Source: Octopus bimaculoides
Taxonomy: Eukaryota
DNA: 43,863 bases
Assembly (NCBI RefSeq): GCF_001194135.2
Contig: NC_069002.1
Span: forward strand, 23,763,403-23,807,265
Direction of reading: 5' to 3'
The notes under the pieces were generated by a model that did not search any database, was not told the origin of the DNA, and was given only the letters and a program-made list of their open reading frames with translations. Each line of letters opens with the position of its first letter. Positions within the stretch are counted from its first letter, which is position 1. The position numbers were made by a program, and so were the translations under genes. This document shows, piece after piece, positions 1 through 11,800 of this stretch.

Positions 1-30
<30 letters not shown>

Positions 31-31
<1 letters not shown>

Positions 32-185
32 TGGCGTTAGGAAGGGCATCCAGCTGTAGAAACTCTGCCAAATTAGATTGGAGCCTGGTGTAGCCATCCG
101 GTTGCACCAGTCCTGAGTCAAATTGTCCAACCCATGCTAGCATGGAAAGCGGACGTTAAACGATGATGATGATGATGATGATGAT
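31..185 (+). mobile_element. 3' end of a retroposon (SINE or RTE-like tail) ending in (GAT)n
   Basis: GAAGGGCATCCAGCTGTAGAAACTCTGCC...CATGCTAGCATGGAAAGCGGACGTTAAACGATGATGAT; related sequence recurs degenerate at ~7805-7890 (+) and ~28950-29050 (-). Confidence 0.6.
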
Positions 186-817
186 ATACACACACACAGC
201 TTGCAAGTCTAATAGATGAAACAGAGACACAAACCAAAATTAATAAATTCAAAATCAAATAAAAGACACAAGGAATCTGATGATCGTCACTGCTTCTTGT
301 TCTGTTATAACACAATCACCAACAGATCAAATCTTCTGGATTTGACCACAAATTAAAACAAGGCAAAAAATCTTCCAAATGCAATTCTTATTGATGGAAA
401 TAACTATCTTTTCTGTATTCTTATTTTGATTTTCTGACAGAGTTTTGCTCGTGGGTCCGTCAGAACCCAAAATATCTATTCTTGACTGATTAACAAAATT
501 TGGAATTCGTTATTTCTTTCTTTGAATAAAATTTTCTTTATTTCTTTATTCAATAATTACTCCCAATTAATTAGCTCAGAATGAAAAGTACTTGAGGGTT
601 CATTAAAAAGATATATATTCATCTTCTCACAGATCAGAATGGTATGATATAAGCACTTTTGTAGAGTATGCACGGGAATAATGACATGTGTGTGTATGTA
701 TGTATGTATGTGTATGTGTGTGTGTGTGCGTGCGTATAAATGTATGTATATGTGTGTATGTAGACATATGTGTGTATGTATGTCTCAGTGTGTGTGAATG
801 AGTGAATATATATGGAG

Positions 818-874
<57 letters not shown>

Positions 875-1349
875 ATTGCAGCATGGAAGGTGTTTATATG
901 CCATTTAAAAACACANNNNNNNNNNNNNNNNNNNNNNNNNNNNNNNNNNNNNNNNNNNNNNNNNNNNNNNNNNNNNNNNNNNNNNNNNNNNNNNNNNNNN
1001 NNNNNNNNNNNNNNNNNNNNNNNNNNNNNNNNNNNNNNNNNNNNNNNNNNNNNNNNNNNNNNNNNNNNNNNNNNNNNNNNNNNNNNNNNNNNNNNNNNNN
1101 NNNNNNNNNNNNNNNNNNNNNNNNNNNNNNNNNNNNNNNNNNNNNNNNNNNNNNNNNNNNNNNNNNNNNNNNNNNNNNNNNNNNNNNNNNNNNNNNNNNN
1201 NNNNNNNNNNNNNNNNNNNNNNNNNNNNNNNNNNNNNNNNNNNNNNNNNNNNNNNNNNNNNNNNNNNNNNNNNNNNNNNNNNNNNNNNNNNNNNNNNNNN
1301 NNNNNNNNNNNNNNNNNNNNNNNNNNNNNNNNNNNNNNNNNNNNNNNNN

Positions 1350-1950
1350 AGGCGAGAAAGTTGGTATGTGAAAGCATGTGGTTGGATGTATAAAAGATAA
1401 ACAAGAGTGAAAAAACTACAGAACGCTTGTGTTACATGGTTAAAGTATATATTTAAATCGTTATGTCAGAAAAATGTTATAAAATTTTGGGTATAGAAAC
1501 ATTGTATTTGGAGAAATAACCGGTTTCATGTTTTCTTTTCGAATTTCTCTACCTGTATCGTAAAAAATGGAGTTCTAGATAGGGGGAGGTAATCAGGGAT
1601 TTTTTCCGGTATAAGAGAGATAATCGAAATGTTGGAGATGATAGATTTTGATTAATTTAACATGGTTTCGTAATCAGTGAATGTGTTTCACTGAAATAAT
1701 ATATGTTTGCGAGAGGTTGACAAACTTCTCCAACCAGCTGGTCATGCTACTTCAGGCTGATGACGAGCAAAGACTTAGAAACATGTCCCTGAATGCAGGC
1801 TAGGCTGGGTGGAGTAGTTTGTCTCCCCCTCACAAACATAAGGACACGGGAAATGTGTCAAGGCCAACAGGAAGCGGTCCAGCTTCCTAGGGTTAAATAG
1901 CAGTAGTATATTCCCTTACTGAGACTGTCACGTTAAGTTGGCAGTATACA
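1350..1950 (+). mobile_element. Probable 3' end/pseudo-LTR of a Penelope-like element (hammerhead-containing), abutting a gap
   Basis: Contains the hammerhead at 1751-1793 and ends at a (TA)n tract. The short peptide after the gap (RKLVCESMWLDV) only weakly resembles a GIY-YIG C-terminus. Confidence 0.35.
1751..1793 (+). ncRNA. Minimal type-I hammerhead ribozyme motif (GUC cleavage triplet)
   Basis: TTCAGG-CTGATGA-CGAGcaaagaCTTA-GAAA-CATGT-C-CCTGAA: perfect 6-bp helix I, intact CUGAUGA and GAAA cores, palindromic helix III (ACAUGU), degenerate helix II. Confidence 0.65.
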
Positions 1951-2259
1951 ACTACTTTATATATATGTATATATATATATATATATAAATATATATATAT
2001 GCATACATATGTATATATACACATATGCATGCATGCACACACACACATAAATGCACGCACACACGCATACACACACAAACACACACACACTTGGCTTTAA
2101 ACTTTTGGTGTTTAGGGTATCCTGTGTCAAGCAGCATTTTAAACATGGTGAAGCCCTCCTCTATCCAGGGCTGACAAAGCCAGTTCATACCAGAGCAAAA
2201 AGGGGACAAGAGAAAGAGAAGTGGGGTTGGGCTTTTGGCTCATTCATTCATAAAATTTC

Positions 2260-2398
2260 TGTCTACCAAATTCACTCAGTAGGTTTTGGTCTGCCTGGGG
2301 CTATAATACAAGACACCCAAGATGCCAAGCAATGGAGCTGAACCCAAGCCCTAATGGTTGAGAAACGAGCTTTTGAACCACACAGCTATGCCTGCACT
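2260..2398 (-). mobile_element. tRNA-derived SINE family A, 5' part
   Basis: Reverse complement of the GCAGG...GGCTGTGTGGT head and ...GTGGATTTGGTAGACAG core that recurs throughout the window. Confidence 0.65.
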
Positions 2399-2540
2399 TA
2401 AATTGTACATGTGTGTATGCGTGAGTGAGAACTGAAATGATCATGTTTCGAAGTTATTAGATGCCAGGACCAGTGTGAAGATGCAAATAATACGATTAGT
2501 GAATAGGTTCACAATTCTGCTATCGAAATTACAACACTGC

Positions 2541-2583
<43 letters not shown>

Positions 2584-2869
2584 TCAGAACTAGTTTCACT
2601 GGATCATCTGTTCTGTATAGAATGCCTTAATTCAATATAGTTCTGCTGCTTCTATAGAAAATAAATATAAATTTCACTTAAGCTGGTATCAGAAGTTCTA
2701 AGCACCAATTTACAAGAGGTCCACTAACATAACTGACCGATCGAATGCATTGTTACTTCTAATACAGAGCACCTGTATAACTGATAAAATGATTGGTCAG
2801 TAAATTGCTAGGTGAAGAGCCTGTTACTCTTTACAGTTTGAAATTCTTATGTTTTGTTTTTTTGTTTGT

Positions 2870-3297
2870 TTGTTTTTTTACTGGTGTCAGCCATTAGACT
2901 GTGGCCATGCTGGGGCACAACATTACAGGGTTTTAGTCAAACAAACTGATCCTAGTACTTTTTCCTTTTTTTTTTTTCTGAGCCTGTTACTTTTTCTATT
3001 GGTCAGTTTTGCCTCAAGACATTAACAAATCAACACCAGTTGTTTCTAACACTGGAGGTGGTGGTGATGGTGGTGGTGGAAAAATACAAAACAAACACAA
3101 AGACACATACTCAGATGTGTGTGTGTGTGTATGTGTGTGATTAGCTTTTTTCAGTTTCCATCTACAGCATCTACTCACAAGTCTTTGATTGACCTTAGGC
3201 CATAGTTGAAGACACGTATCTAAAGTGCCACACTGGGACTGAACTGAAGACCACTTAGTTGAGAAGTAAGCCTCTTATCCACACACCAACACCTGCA
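2870..3297 (-). mobile_element. tRNA-derived SINE family A, near full length
   Basis: Head at ~3297, internal (CA)n, 3' part CCCCAGCATGGCCACAGTCTAATG at ~2885-2915. Confidence 0.7.
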
Positions 3298-3442
3298 ATT
3301 GTCTTATATCAATTTGCATTAATTAATCTTACCACTAATCATTTATTGCTTAATTTGATTTTATGATTGAATCTCTTCCTTTCAGCAGCCCTTACTTGAT
3401 TCTCCAAGAAAGAACATTTTTGTTTGTTTTATTACCCCAACA

Positions 3443-3720
3443 GGCATGTGGCTTAGTGGTTAGGGCAACTGGCTCACAATCGTAAGGTTGTGAGTTGAGT
3501 TCCTGGCAGCATGTTGTCTCCTTGAGCAAGACACTTTATTTCACATTGCTGTTGTCCACTCAGTCAGCAAAAATGAGTTGTACCTGTAATTCAAAGGGGC
3601 CAGCCTTGTCACACACTGTGTCGTGCTGAATCTCCCTGGGAACTACATTAAGGGTACACGTGTCTGTGGTGTACTCAGCCACTTACACATTAATTTCAAG
3701 AGCAGGCTGTTCTGTCGTAA
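3443..3720 (+). mobile_element. tRNA-derived SINE family B with a conserved-type central domain
   Basis: A-box-like TGGCTTAGTGGTTAGG and B-box-like GAGTTGAGTTCC, then CCTTGAGCAAGACACTTTATTTCACATTGCT...TCCACTCAG, resembling metazoan SINE central domains (I cannot tell Nin/Meta/Ceph apart by eye). Confidence 0.65.
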
Positions 3721-3879
3721 ATGACAGAGTGCCAGTTATTCCACCACAGGTCATTGGAAGCAGAGAGAAATTGGTTGTATTATCAACAAGTGTTCTGAAA
3801 AACATTCACCATTTCAAACAATGCTATGGGGTACCAAGTTTAACAGACATTCTCACGCACTCATACATAGGCATTGGGC

Positions 3880-4037
3880 TTCTACATAGTTTCTATCTAT
3901 CAAATTCACTCACAAGGCATTGGTTGATCCAGAGCTATAGTAAAAGACATTTGCTCCAGGGCACTGTGCAGTGGGACTGAACCCTAAAGCCTTGAAATTG
4001 CAAAGCAAACTTCTTAACCACATGGCCACGCCTGCAC
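3880..4037 (-). mobile_element. SINE family A, 5' part
   Basis: Reverse complement reads GTGCAGGCGTGGCCATGTGGTTAAGAAGTTTGC...CCTTGTGAGTGAATTTG. Confidence 0.7.
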
Positions 4038-4597
4038 CAAACATATCTAACATATATTAGTTGTCAATACTTTTTGTAGATTGCATATTTCTTATCCTTT
4101 TACAAGAATAGTGTTGACAGTGACTTTGAAGTTTTTGTCTCCTCAGACTTCATATACATATTTATAAATGATCGTCTCTATATAAGTATTGCCTCGTGTC
4201 ATAAAATGCTGAATTCAACATACTTTAGTTGCCTTACGTTATATGCTTACGGTTTCATATGAGGATGAAATGGTGCTGAATATACCTACCAATGACTGCA
4301 AATTTTAAGATCTTTATAATGTGTAAGGAAAGGAAATATTAAATGTGTACATAATGTGTACTGTCTTCGTTGCTCTTAGATTTAAAGTTCACACTTCCAA
4401 TCCTGTCTAAATTGAGCTAGAAGGGTTTGTCCCCTCCTATAATACCTAACTACCAGGGCACATTGAGAATGTGTGCATATGTGTATTTGTGTATGAATGC
4501 GTATACATGTGTGTGTGCGTGTATCAGCTGTGAATTTTCCTTGTACTTTGGTTTTGTTAAATGATTCCATTTGTTGTGCTCTTTTTAGTTAATTCTT

Positions 4598-4639
<42 letters not shown>

Positions 4640-4653
4640 TATATATACATATT

Positions 4654-4690
<37 letters not shown>

Positions 4691-4761
4691 CATTAGGATA
4701 CACAAAGGAGAGAAAAACAAATTCAGTATCATATGCAATATGTGTTTTCTTTTGGGTTTTT

Positions 4762-4925
4762 TTTGTTTGTTTTTTACTGGTGTCAGACATTAGACTGTGG
4801 CCATGCTGGGGCACAATGTTACAGCGTTTTAGTCAAACAAACTGATCCTAATACTTTTTCTTTTTTTTTCTGAGCCTGGTACTTTTTCTGTTGGTCAGTT
4901 TTGCCTCGAGACATTTGGTGTTGAT
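4762..4925 (-). repeat. SINE A 3' segment, about 90% identical to 2862-3030
   Basis: Shared string TTACTGGTGTCAG.CATTAGACTGTGGCCATGCTGGGGCACAA...TTTTAGTCAAACAAACTGATCCTA.TAC...CTGAGCCTG.TAC...TTGGTCAGTTTTGCCTC.AGACATT. Confidence 0.8.
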
Positions 4926-4947
4926 GCAGCATTTGAATGAGAAACAT

Positions 4948-4994
<47 letters not shown>

Positions 4995-6808
4995 ATGCCT
5001 GTTAACCAACACTGTAGTTACAGGAAAAACAATTAATCTTTTAACAACAGCAAGACAGAAACTCATTGAGAGATCCTGTATGTAGTAGTTTGATCTGCTA
5101 GAAACAACAGCAAAATCCCCTCCAAATTTTCCACATTCTAATATAAGAAAGACACTCTTGGTGAAATAATCCTTGATACATTTTGTCATGGAACAGAATG
5201 GTTACAGCTGGAGCATCTTTGATCAAAGACCTGCTCTGTCATGATTCATCTGGGGTTCAATGATTACAATATGACCATAAACCATCATCTCACAGGTATG
5301 AAGATTTGACTTATTAAGAGATTGTTATTGCCCATTGTATCAAAGACATCACTGGCATCAAAGCAATGGAGTGAGACCAATTCTTAATGACAACTGTGAA
5401 TAATATAACTATCGTTTGTTCTCTCCAATCCAACATTGAACAACCATGACTGGCTGGCACTAATGGGTGTTGGCCTCTATAGAATATGGAATAAAATCTA
5501 AACTTGAGTATATGCCAATAAATCGAAGAAAGATGATATATCAATGTCATGATTGGAAGTGAATTGCATTTAAATACCAACAACAGAAATAAGGAATTAT
5601 TGCCTCTATTACGCAACTTTTTCAGGAAACAAAATGAGAATAGCTGAGGGAATCACTAGTGTTATTGTGACAAAATCATTGATGCTAAATAGATGTTTAT
5701 TTCTGAACATGTAGCATTGGTCATAGTAAAAACACAAACACACATCTTTCCTCAACTGTCAACCATCACTGTTGAGAGTATGGAACCATATAATGCTATT
5801 AAATTACTGTTTGGCAGGTATAGAAATAATTATATCTAGATTGGTAGAGACAGCAAACCTTGCTGGTAATAACAGGTAAAATAATCTGGCTAGAGGAGGA
5901 AACCATTATTCTATGTATATTAATGTTCAGCTTCTTCAAATACAGCCTTGCACTGCATTGAAGGAATTGGTTCATATTTTCAATAAAAGGGAAATAAATC
6001 TTTGTCCATCTAATGCGATTATTAACATTTTCCTAGTTCAGAGACGACATCCTCTCACAAATAATACATGTGCATGTAATTGAGAAATATAATCAGGCAA
6101 AAGTGAGAGAAAGAGAGGAAGAGCAGCAACAATGAAAAGAAGATACTATTTCCTCAATGTCACCCAAGTTTTGATGAGATTTTAAAGATATTTGCAATGA
6201 CTTGTATTGTTTTGTATCCTATACGAGATATAGATTTGTGCCCAAATAAACTGAATAGCTTCTTGAAGAACATACGTCTATTTTTAACTATTCAGCTATA
6301 AAATCAGAAAGGCTACATGGCATATGAATGAAGAAAGGCGTCTGTTAGTAATAGCTGCCAAATTCCCTCAAATCATAACCTACCATTTTGAAGAAGGAAA
6401 GGGTATATTGGATAAGGTAGATGTCGATATACGTAAAACAATGTTCAAAGCTGGAATGCTTTAATCACAGGTCTGCCTTGTGATGGCTGATCTCAGAATA
6501 TGCAGTAATGACAATGACAATGACAATGACAATGACAGTAATGACAATGACAGCAGCAGCAGCAACAGCATTATGTAATCCCAAGAATTCTTAAGGCTTA
6601 ATCAAATCAAAAAAGAATGAAACCAGTCAAGCCATCATCCTTCCATGCCTGGAGTGAGAATTTTGCTGCTCCATTTATTAGACTTATACAGAGTCTGCCA
6701 AAAACATGTATACTCACTTCAGGGAAGGAAAAATCTGTATAAATATTTTAGTTCAGTGTTATTGTAATTTATTCAGTGTTATTGCAATTTGATAAAACAT
6801 TGAAAGAG

Positions 6809-6852
6809 GTACTTATAATTATAGGGGTACTTATAATTATAGGGGTACTTAT
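6809..6852. repeat. 18-bp minisatellite (GGGTACTTATAATTATAG) x ~2.5
   Basis: Direct reading; preceded by a 20-bp tandem duplication at ~6752-6790. Confidence 0.85.
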
Positions 6853-7267
6853 ACAAGTTAGATATTTATGCAGATTTTTCCTTTCCTGAACTGCATATAC
6901 ATTGTTTTGGTGGACTGTATATGGCTGATCTTGTGATGTTGTCCTTCTAATCATGGAGTTCTCTTTGTTGGAAGATAAACTTTTGAGAAGGCATTGTTTT
7001 TAACGAATAAAACATTTGTTTTATAATGTGTTCTCATTAAACTAACACTGCAAAATCCATCATAAATCCTAGTCTAATGCTTATTGCTTCTAATACTGTT
7101 TGATTTATTAATGAACATTATTGATCTGTTTGTAAATAGTTTGTTTCTATTTTAATCTGGTTTGTTTTGTTTTGTTTTTTCGTTTCGTTTCAGTTCCTTG
7201 CTTACCATTATTTTTGCATCTGGCGTATGTTATTGGAACAATATATTCTGTTTGTAACAATGAGATA

Positions 7268-7430
7268 GGCACAGACATGGCTGTGTAGTTAGGAAATTCA
7301 CTTTGGAACCACAAAGTTTTGGGTTCAGTTGCACTGTGTGGTATCTTGGGCAAGTATCTTCTACTACAGCCCTAGACCAAATAAAATCTTGTGTATAAAT
7401 TGAATAAATGGAAACAAAAAGAAGTCTGTT
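7268..7430 (+). mobile_element. SINE family A, 5' part
   Basis: GGCTGTGTAGTTAGG...GGGTTCAGTTGCACTGTGTGGTATCTTGGGCAAGTATCTTCTACT. Confidence 0.7.
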
Positions 7431-7461
7431 ATCCACACACACACACACACACGTCATAGGC

Positions 7462-9070
7462 TGATGATGCAGAAGTAATGCATGGGTTTTGTTTAGCCCA
7501 AGAGCGGTCCATTGCTGGGATTTAAGCAACCAAAATAAATTTCATAATTTGAATTTTTAACCCCACCTCATCCCATATCAAATAAATTTGTGTGTGTGTG
7601 TGTGTGTATGTGTGTGTGTAAGGAAAACCATTATTTACTAACAGAAAAGTATATGTATCTTTTTGTCTTGACATCAAACAGAAGTTGTAAATGAGTGTCA
7701 CTGTTATACAAGCAGTTCTGTTTGATTCTGATCCCCCCCCCCAAAAAAAACATGTTCAGGCATGAGGAAATCATACCTTACTTAAAAATAAGTGAATGTT
7801 TGCAACAGAAAGGGTATCTAGCTGTAGAAAATCATTTTCAAGGAATTCCATTGACCCCATGCAAGCATGGAAAAGTAAGCATTAAAATGGCAGCAGTTTA
7901 TACAAAATAATTATTTTTATTTTCTAAGGCTCTCTACAGTATCATTTTACTTCTTTTTTTTTTTTTACATTAATTTTGTTTTTTGGACTTTGTAATGTGA
8001 TTGGACATATATCTGTTTATTGTATCTGTTTTTGATCTGGATGCCTGCATAAGTTGGATTTTCTCCGTTTTGACAGCAATTTTTCCAATTTTTTTCATCA
8101 TGGTCTTGGAAATAATGGTGGGAAGCTTTTTATGAAAAAGAATTTTGGAAAATCTTTTTTTTTCCACCCACATCCCCTTTACCTCTTTCCATACTGATTT
8201 TGGCCAATTTTTTTTTCCATTACACACTTAAAAATGAAGCAAGAAGCTTTTGGGGATAAAAAAAAAAAATTGAAAATATTTTCTCATGAAAGGTATGTGA
8301 TTTAAGGGAGTTTTAGCTATTGTTTCTAGTACACCCCATGAACATCTGGTACCTTCCTCATTTCTTTGTCACTCTGACATGTACTGAGGTTTTTCTGTAT
8401 TTTTCCCCTCCTAAACACATTTTATGGATTGATGATGCAGAAGTAATGCACAGGTTTTGTTAAGCCCAAGAGTGGTCCATTGCCGAGATTTAAGCAACAA
8501 AAACAAATTTTGTAATTTAAACTTTTAACTCTACCCTATCCCACCCCACATCAAACAAGTTTCTTATTTCTTTATTGCTCACAAGGGGCTAAACATAGAG
8601 GGGACAAACAAGGACAAACAAAGGAATAAAGTCGATTACATCGACCCCAGTGCATAACTGGTACTTTATTGACCCTGAAAGGATAAAAGGCAAAGTCAAC
8701 CTCGGCGGAATTTGAACTCAGAACAGCAGACGAAATACTGTTAAGCATTTCACCCGGTGCCCTAACGTTTCTGCCAGCTCGCCGTTTCTGTGTGTGTGTG
8801 TGTAAGGAAAAATCCTGTTTACTTATAGAAAAGTATGCCATAAAAATGAATTATGTTTTCCATACCTTTTTTAAATCCCCATCAAGAATCCCAGCAGTGA
8901 CTTTCTGAAACTCTCTAATATTTTAAAATTACAAACTGAAACAATGGAAGCAGGATTAAAAAAATTACTAATAACTTTTTAATATCATAGTTTTCTGTTA
9001 GTAAATATTTTTTCTTTCACACACACACACACACACACACAAACTTGCTTGGTGCCAGTGGGGTGGGAGA
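7462..9070. mobile_element. MITE/foldback-like DNA element pieces with duplicated termini
   Basis: 7462-7655 is repeated at 8429-8560 plus 8788-8840; an inverted copy of the (GT)n-AAGGAAAA..TTTACTAACAGAAAA segment lies at ~8995-9045. Confidence 0.45.
8562..8785 (-). mobile_element. tRNA-derived SINE family C (GGCGAGCTGGCAGAA head), full length
   Basis: Reverse complement: CGGCGAGCTGGCAGAAACGTTAG...CTGAGTTCAAATTCCGCCGAGGTTGACTTTGCC...GCAATAAAGAAATAAG; A and B boxes visible. Confidence 0.85.
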
Positions 9071-10803
9071 AGAAACGGAGAAAGTACCAGGTGGTCGTGA
9101 GATGTGCTAGAAATACCAGCTAAATATCCCTTAAATCATGTATCTTTCCATCTGACATACTTCTCTATATGTAAATTTGTTTTTTCTTATGCACTCACAC
9201 ATACACTGACATTTAACAAGTAGCATCAATATGCATTTATCCAACACAAGCAGCTGTGCTAGTCCCTAATTTACTGACTTTATGCTTTTGCACGATATTG
9301 GACCAGATTTTGGCAATGACCATGTTGAATTTACAAGAAATTTTTCTTTCATTTCTTATAAAAAATCTTGAAGAAAATATGTTCTTTTCTAAGTAAAAAT
9401 TAATGACAAAATATTCGCTTTTATATTTCATAATGACTCTTTGACCTACCCTCATTGATTTTTATATCAAAATAAAACGAAAACAGTCTTCTTCATGTCT
9501 GTATGATTTTCAACACAACTCAAGTTATAGTACTCCGTTGCATTGAACTAGAATTGAACTAGAATGAATGCTACTGTTCAGCAGTCAAAAGCAAATATGA
9601 GACAAACATTGTGAATGGGTGGAAATATGAGGGTCTGGCATGATATGAAAGTGTCAGATCTTGATCAAAAGTATATGAGAAGAAAGTTCACATCCAGAAC
9701 TTTCAAACAATATAAACTGTCCACGGAAACAATGTATTTTGACATGAAAATGGCCAAACAAAAAGTTATTGTTTTTGTGAGGTCAAACTGTGCTTATCTT
9801 TTTTTCTATGTCATTTTCTATGTCTTCTTTTTCTGTCATTTTTATTTGTTAACGAATTAGCATAATCTGTGATTATGACATCCACGAGAAATCAGGTCTT
9901 TTACATTTTTATTCTGGAATATAACGTGCTTGATTGGTTACCATGATATTATCTGTGTTGACAGACATATGCTATGTGATTGATATGGCACGAAAGTGTG
10001 TGACCTTGTGTCATGATATTCTTGAACGATTGCCAAGTTTCTTTATCCTTAATTGATAAGGACATCGAGCTTACCATTTTATTGTTGTCTCTACATGTAT
10101 TCATACATGCAGTGTGGTAAAATCGTTCAGAATTTTGCTTCACAACAATAGGGTCCTGGACTCAATCTCATTGCAAGGTATTATGAGCAGGTGTCATTTT
10201 CAATAGGTTTAGGTTGGCCCTTCCTTTCTGAGTGAAACTGATTAAATGGAAACTGTGTGGAAGCCCATCAGATGAAAGTTGTACTGTTATGCTGATTTTG
10301 TCACAGAATTACTTTGAGAATTCATGTATTAATGGAGTAGTCAGAGAATTTTCTGCAATATAAAAACATGCAAAAGATAGATAAATTAAAGATTAAGGCA
10401 TTATATTGAACTTAAAAAATAAATACTTTCAAGATGGTGTTTTTCAACAACAAATGTCTCACAAAAATGCTCACTGGTGCATTCGGTTACACTCAAATAC
10501 AAATTGAGAAATAGCTAAGAGAAAGGGATTATGTGGTACCCTACTCAACCAAGTTAGAAAATCATATCTTGTTTTATTAGGTTCTTTACTTTTTTATTGT
10601 ATTACTTGTTTCCATGTAAATACGTGAGTATGTGTTTGTGTACATTGTGTCTGTGTGTAAATTCTTAATACATCCTTCTACATATTCTGTGAAATTTTAA
10701 AATTGCAAAGACAGGAAGTAAGAACCATCGAAACAGTGGGATTGATGTACTCGGTTAGTCCCCTACTCCCAAAATTTCAGGCCTTGTGCCTATAGTAGAA
10801 AGG

Positions 10804-10863
<60 letters not shown>

Positions 10864-11524
10864 TATTGTCTTTGCATAGCTTCTAACGCTGGAGATGTAA
10901 TATGGTACCAGCTGTTCACTACCAGTCAACTAAGATAACACCCCTTATTTTTCGAGCACCATCCGGAGTATTCGAGTGATTCCAAGCAGTGCTGTTTCTG
11001 CAAGTGCTCCACCCTTATTGCAACCCCTATTTGTTCCATGTACTTCTCAAGATTTTTACACACTGTTCCCAGGTCTCTGACAATTATTGGTACTGCTGCC
11101 ACTATTTTCAGCAACCACAACTGCTTAACTTCCCAAGCTAACCTGTCATATCTATTGACCTTTCTTTCTTCCTTATCGTATCGTATATCTTGTTGTCAGC
11201 TGAGCATGCTATATCTCTGATCCAGCATCATTTGCTTTCTTTCTCAATTAGCAGTATGTCTGGTTTTCTATTCTCTATCTCATGGTCGCAGTGAATCATA
11301 AAATCCCAGAGGATCTTTGCATTATCATTTTCAATGATGCCTTTGGGTTTATGTTCATACCACTTTTTTGCTTTGTCAAGTCCATACTTGTTGCAAAGTG
11401 TCCAATGGACAATTCTTGCTAGATTGTCATGATGTCTCTTATATTTTTGGGGGGCTAGTGGCATACATTGACTGGTAATATGCCTTACGGTTTCACCATT
11501 TTGTCCACAAATTTTACACTTACG

Positions 11525-11526
<2 letters not shown>
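10864..11526 (-). mobile_element. 5'-truncated R4/Dong-type non-LTR retrotransposon: CCHC finger, restriction-like endonuclease (RLE) and 3' UTR
   Basis: Minus strand reads CKICGQNGETVRHITSQC...KYKRHHDNLARIVHWTLCNKY...WYEHKP...ILWDF...RKPDI...LLGITRILRMVLEK (frameshifted); flanked on both sides by (TAA)n (10805-10864, 11527-11572). Confidence 0.85.
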
Positions 11527-11575
<49 letters not shown>

Positions 11576-11577
11576 AT

Positions 11578-11800
11578 GTCAGCAAAGATGGCAGAACTGG
11601 TAGCATGCTGGACAAAATGCTTAGTGGAATTTTTTCAGTCGTTTTGTCTTGAATTCTAATTCCAAGAAGTTCAACTTTCTCTTTCATCCTTTCAAGGTCA
11701 ATTACAATAACTACCAGTTGATAACTGGGTCAACGTAATCGAGTTACGCACCAGCAAAAACATGCCAGGCTTTGTGCCTATAATGGAAAGCATTATTATT
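11578..11800 (+). mobile_element. SINE family C, degenerate
   Basis: GATGGCAGAACTGGTAGCATGCTGGACAAAATGCTTAG...GGCTTTGTGCCTATAATGGAAAGCATTATTATT. Confidence 0.6.

Noticed and set aside
3443-3510. SINE heads as genuine tRNA genes
   Set aside because: They have A/B boxes but no complete cloverleaf and continue into SINE body sequence.
9540-10140. Possible DNA-transposon remnant
   Set aside because: No TIR pair or coding motif could be identified by eye.
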